Below are positions 62,701 to 64,000 of a stretch of 64,000 bases of DNA, one piece after another (positions within the stretch are counted from its first letter, which is position 1; each line of letters starts with the position of its first letter). The stretch spans positions 248,001 to 312,000 of the forward strand of contig ML978130.1 in NCBI GenBank assembly GCA_010015805.1, in the 5' to 3' direction. The position numbers and the translations under genes were made by a program. This DNA comes from Rhizodiscina lignyota. Its lineage: Eukaryota. The notes under the pieces were generated by a model. The model ran no database searches. It was not told where the DNA came from and worked only from the letters and a program-made list of their open reading frames with translations.

Positions 62701-63260
62701 CCCCGCACCGCTCCAAACTCTCCGTGCACTTGCTCGCCCAATCCTCGCCCGCTGCGATCGCAGAGACAATGTCAGATGAAGAGCAGTCCGCTAAGCTCTT
62801 CGATGCAATGTCCAAGTTCGTCACGGCGCACGGTATCACCCCGAACCTAGAGAAACTCGCTTCACGCTTCAACGACGTTGACGTCAAACACGGCGACAAG
62901 CCCGCCATCGTCGCTGCAGTGCGTTCGTACCTGTCCCAGGACGAGCGCGTTGTAGAGCCCAAGCTCACCGAAATCGTCACCCAGGGAGAGGCCCTCCTCT
63001 CCACAGTGCTGCCGAGTCTGGGCATTGAGCCTGCGCCTACGGAGGCGGAGAAGGCTGCGATGCAGGACGCTGAAAAGAAGATGGTGCATGGCGATGCGAA
63101 GGAGGCGGATGAGAGGGGACACGTTCCTGTGCAAGGTAACGGTACGGTGCCCGTGAAGATTGTGGATGTGCATGCTTGGAAGGCGGAGAGGACTGTTGCG
63201 CCAGGCGCAAGGGCGGTGAAGGATCTGAGCGAGTTTGAGGAGGGGGCTGCGAAGCTTTGA
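59791..63260 (+). CDS. STE23: Insulin-degrading enzyme/Ste23, M16A metallopeptidase (intron 62570-62619)
   Basis: HAVEH inverzincin motif, FMGTEKYP, LLGHEGPGS, KDDQFWVPK and LRTNEQLGY. Ends in -AKL. Confidence 0.95.
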
Positions 63261-64000
63261 GAAGCTCTGAGAGTATGTGAATGTGTGGGTTAACCGGGCA
63301 GGCGATCGGTGTCGTTTTGTCTCGGCGGAAAACGGAAAACATGATATGGCGCATGGCGCTTTACAACGATCAAAAAATTAACAAAACGGCGAGCTGTGAT
63401 AGCGCATTTTCCTTTCCCTGATAAATGTTTCAATTGAAGAACTCAAAACTCACGGATTTGCTTGCAGGCATGGAGCTGTAGGCACGCATCGTGGGCATCT
63501 TCAATTTCACGATATTCTGAACATAGAGGCACTTTCCATTCATTCACCGGTTTTTTATTTCGTCTGACTGACTACTATACTGTACTTGTGCAGGGGGAAT
63601 TTGCAAGTGAGCAAGCAAGCATCATCGCCGAAGGTAGAAACTACAGGCGCCCTAGTACGAGTAACCCCAAAGGGGACCGATCCAATAGGGTCAGGAATGC
63701 AGAATCTACCCCCGACGAAGTGCCGATACCATGAGAAGCTTCGTGTGTGAGAAGCCACTGTCGTTCCAATCAGTCCGTCACCGTTGAACAGCACGAAGGG
63801 GAAACCAAAAGCAGGAAACAGGAAAGGTATAGTCGCAGGTGAGGAAGTGAAAACACAAGAGCCTGCCAACCAACTTGACTTGTCGCCGCCAAAACAAGTC
63901 CCAAGAGTGGCCTGTCCAAAAGGCCTGATGTCCTCGTTCGCCATTCCGATTTGCCTCCAGTCCGTGAACACCGATGCTAATGCACAGTGTTATACCAAAG

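Noticed and set aside
63555..64000. 138-aa minus-strand ORF, or a plus-strand frame with an internal TGA, at the window end
   Set aside because: No recognisable homology and truncated by the window edge; strand cannot be decided.

Overview
Gene-dense 64 kb of a filamentous ascomycete (Pezizomycotina-type) nuclear genome, with short GT-AG introns and CTAAC/CTGAC branch sites. I can support about 28 protein-coding genes. Housekeeping genes: HID1/ECM30, SSL2/XPB, a Pom34-like nucleoporin, SPE2/AdoMet decarboxylase, CFIm25, STE23 and a METTL25-like methyltransferase. Accessory genes: GH11 xylanase, Zn2Cys6 TF, 2OG-Fe(II) dioxygenase, flavin amine oxidase, two P450s, SDR, a bacterial-type ThDP enzyme, an A1 protease, a CMD/AhpD-like protein, a Tri12-like MFS, EthD, and secreted Cys-rich and collagen-like proteins. 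No tRNA, rRNA, CRISPR or intact transposon was recognised. Main highlights: (1) an intron-split 17-codon uORF followed by a hairpin array in the SPE2 leader; (2) a head-to-head pair of C2H2 genes, one fused to near-identical ankyrin repeats and the other to a strict hexapeptide repeat; (3) a likely unannotated mitochondrial microprotein; (4) two apparent pseudoenzymes; (5) a TF/dioxygenase/amine-oxidase trio. Exon boundaries were read by eye and family calls rest on recalled motifs, not database searches.
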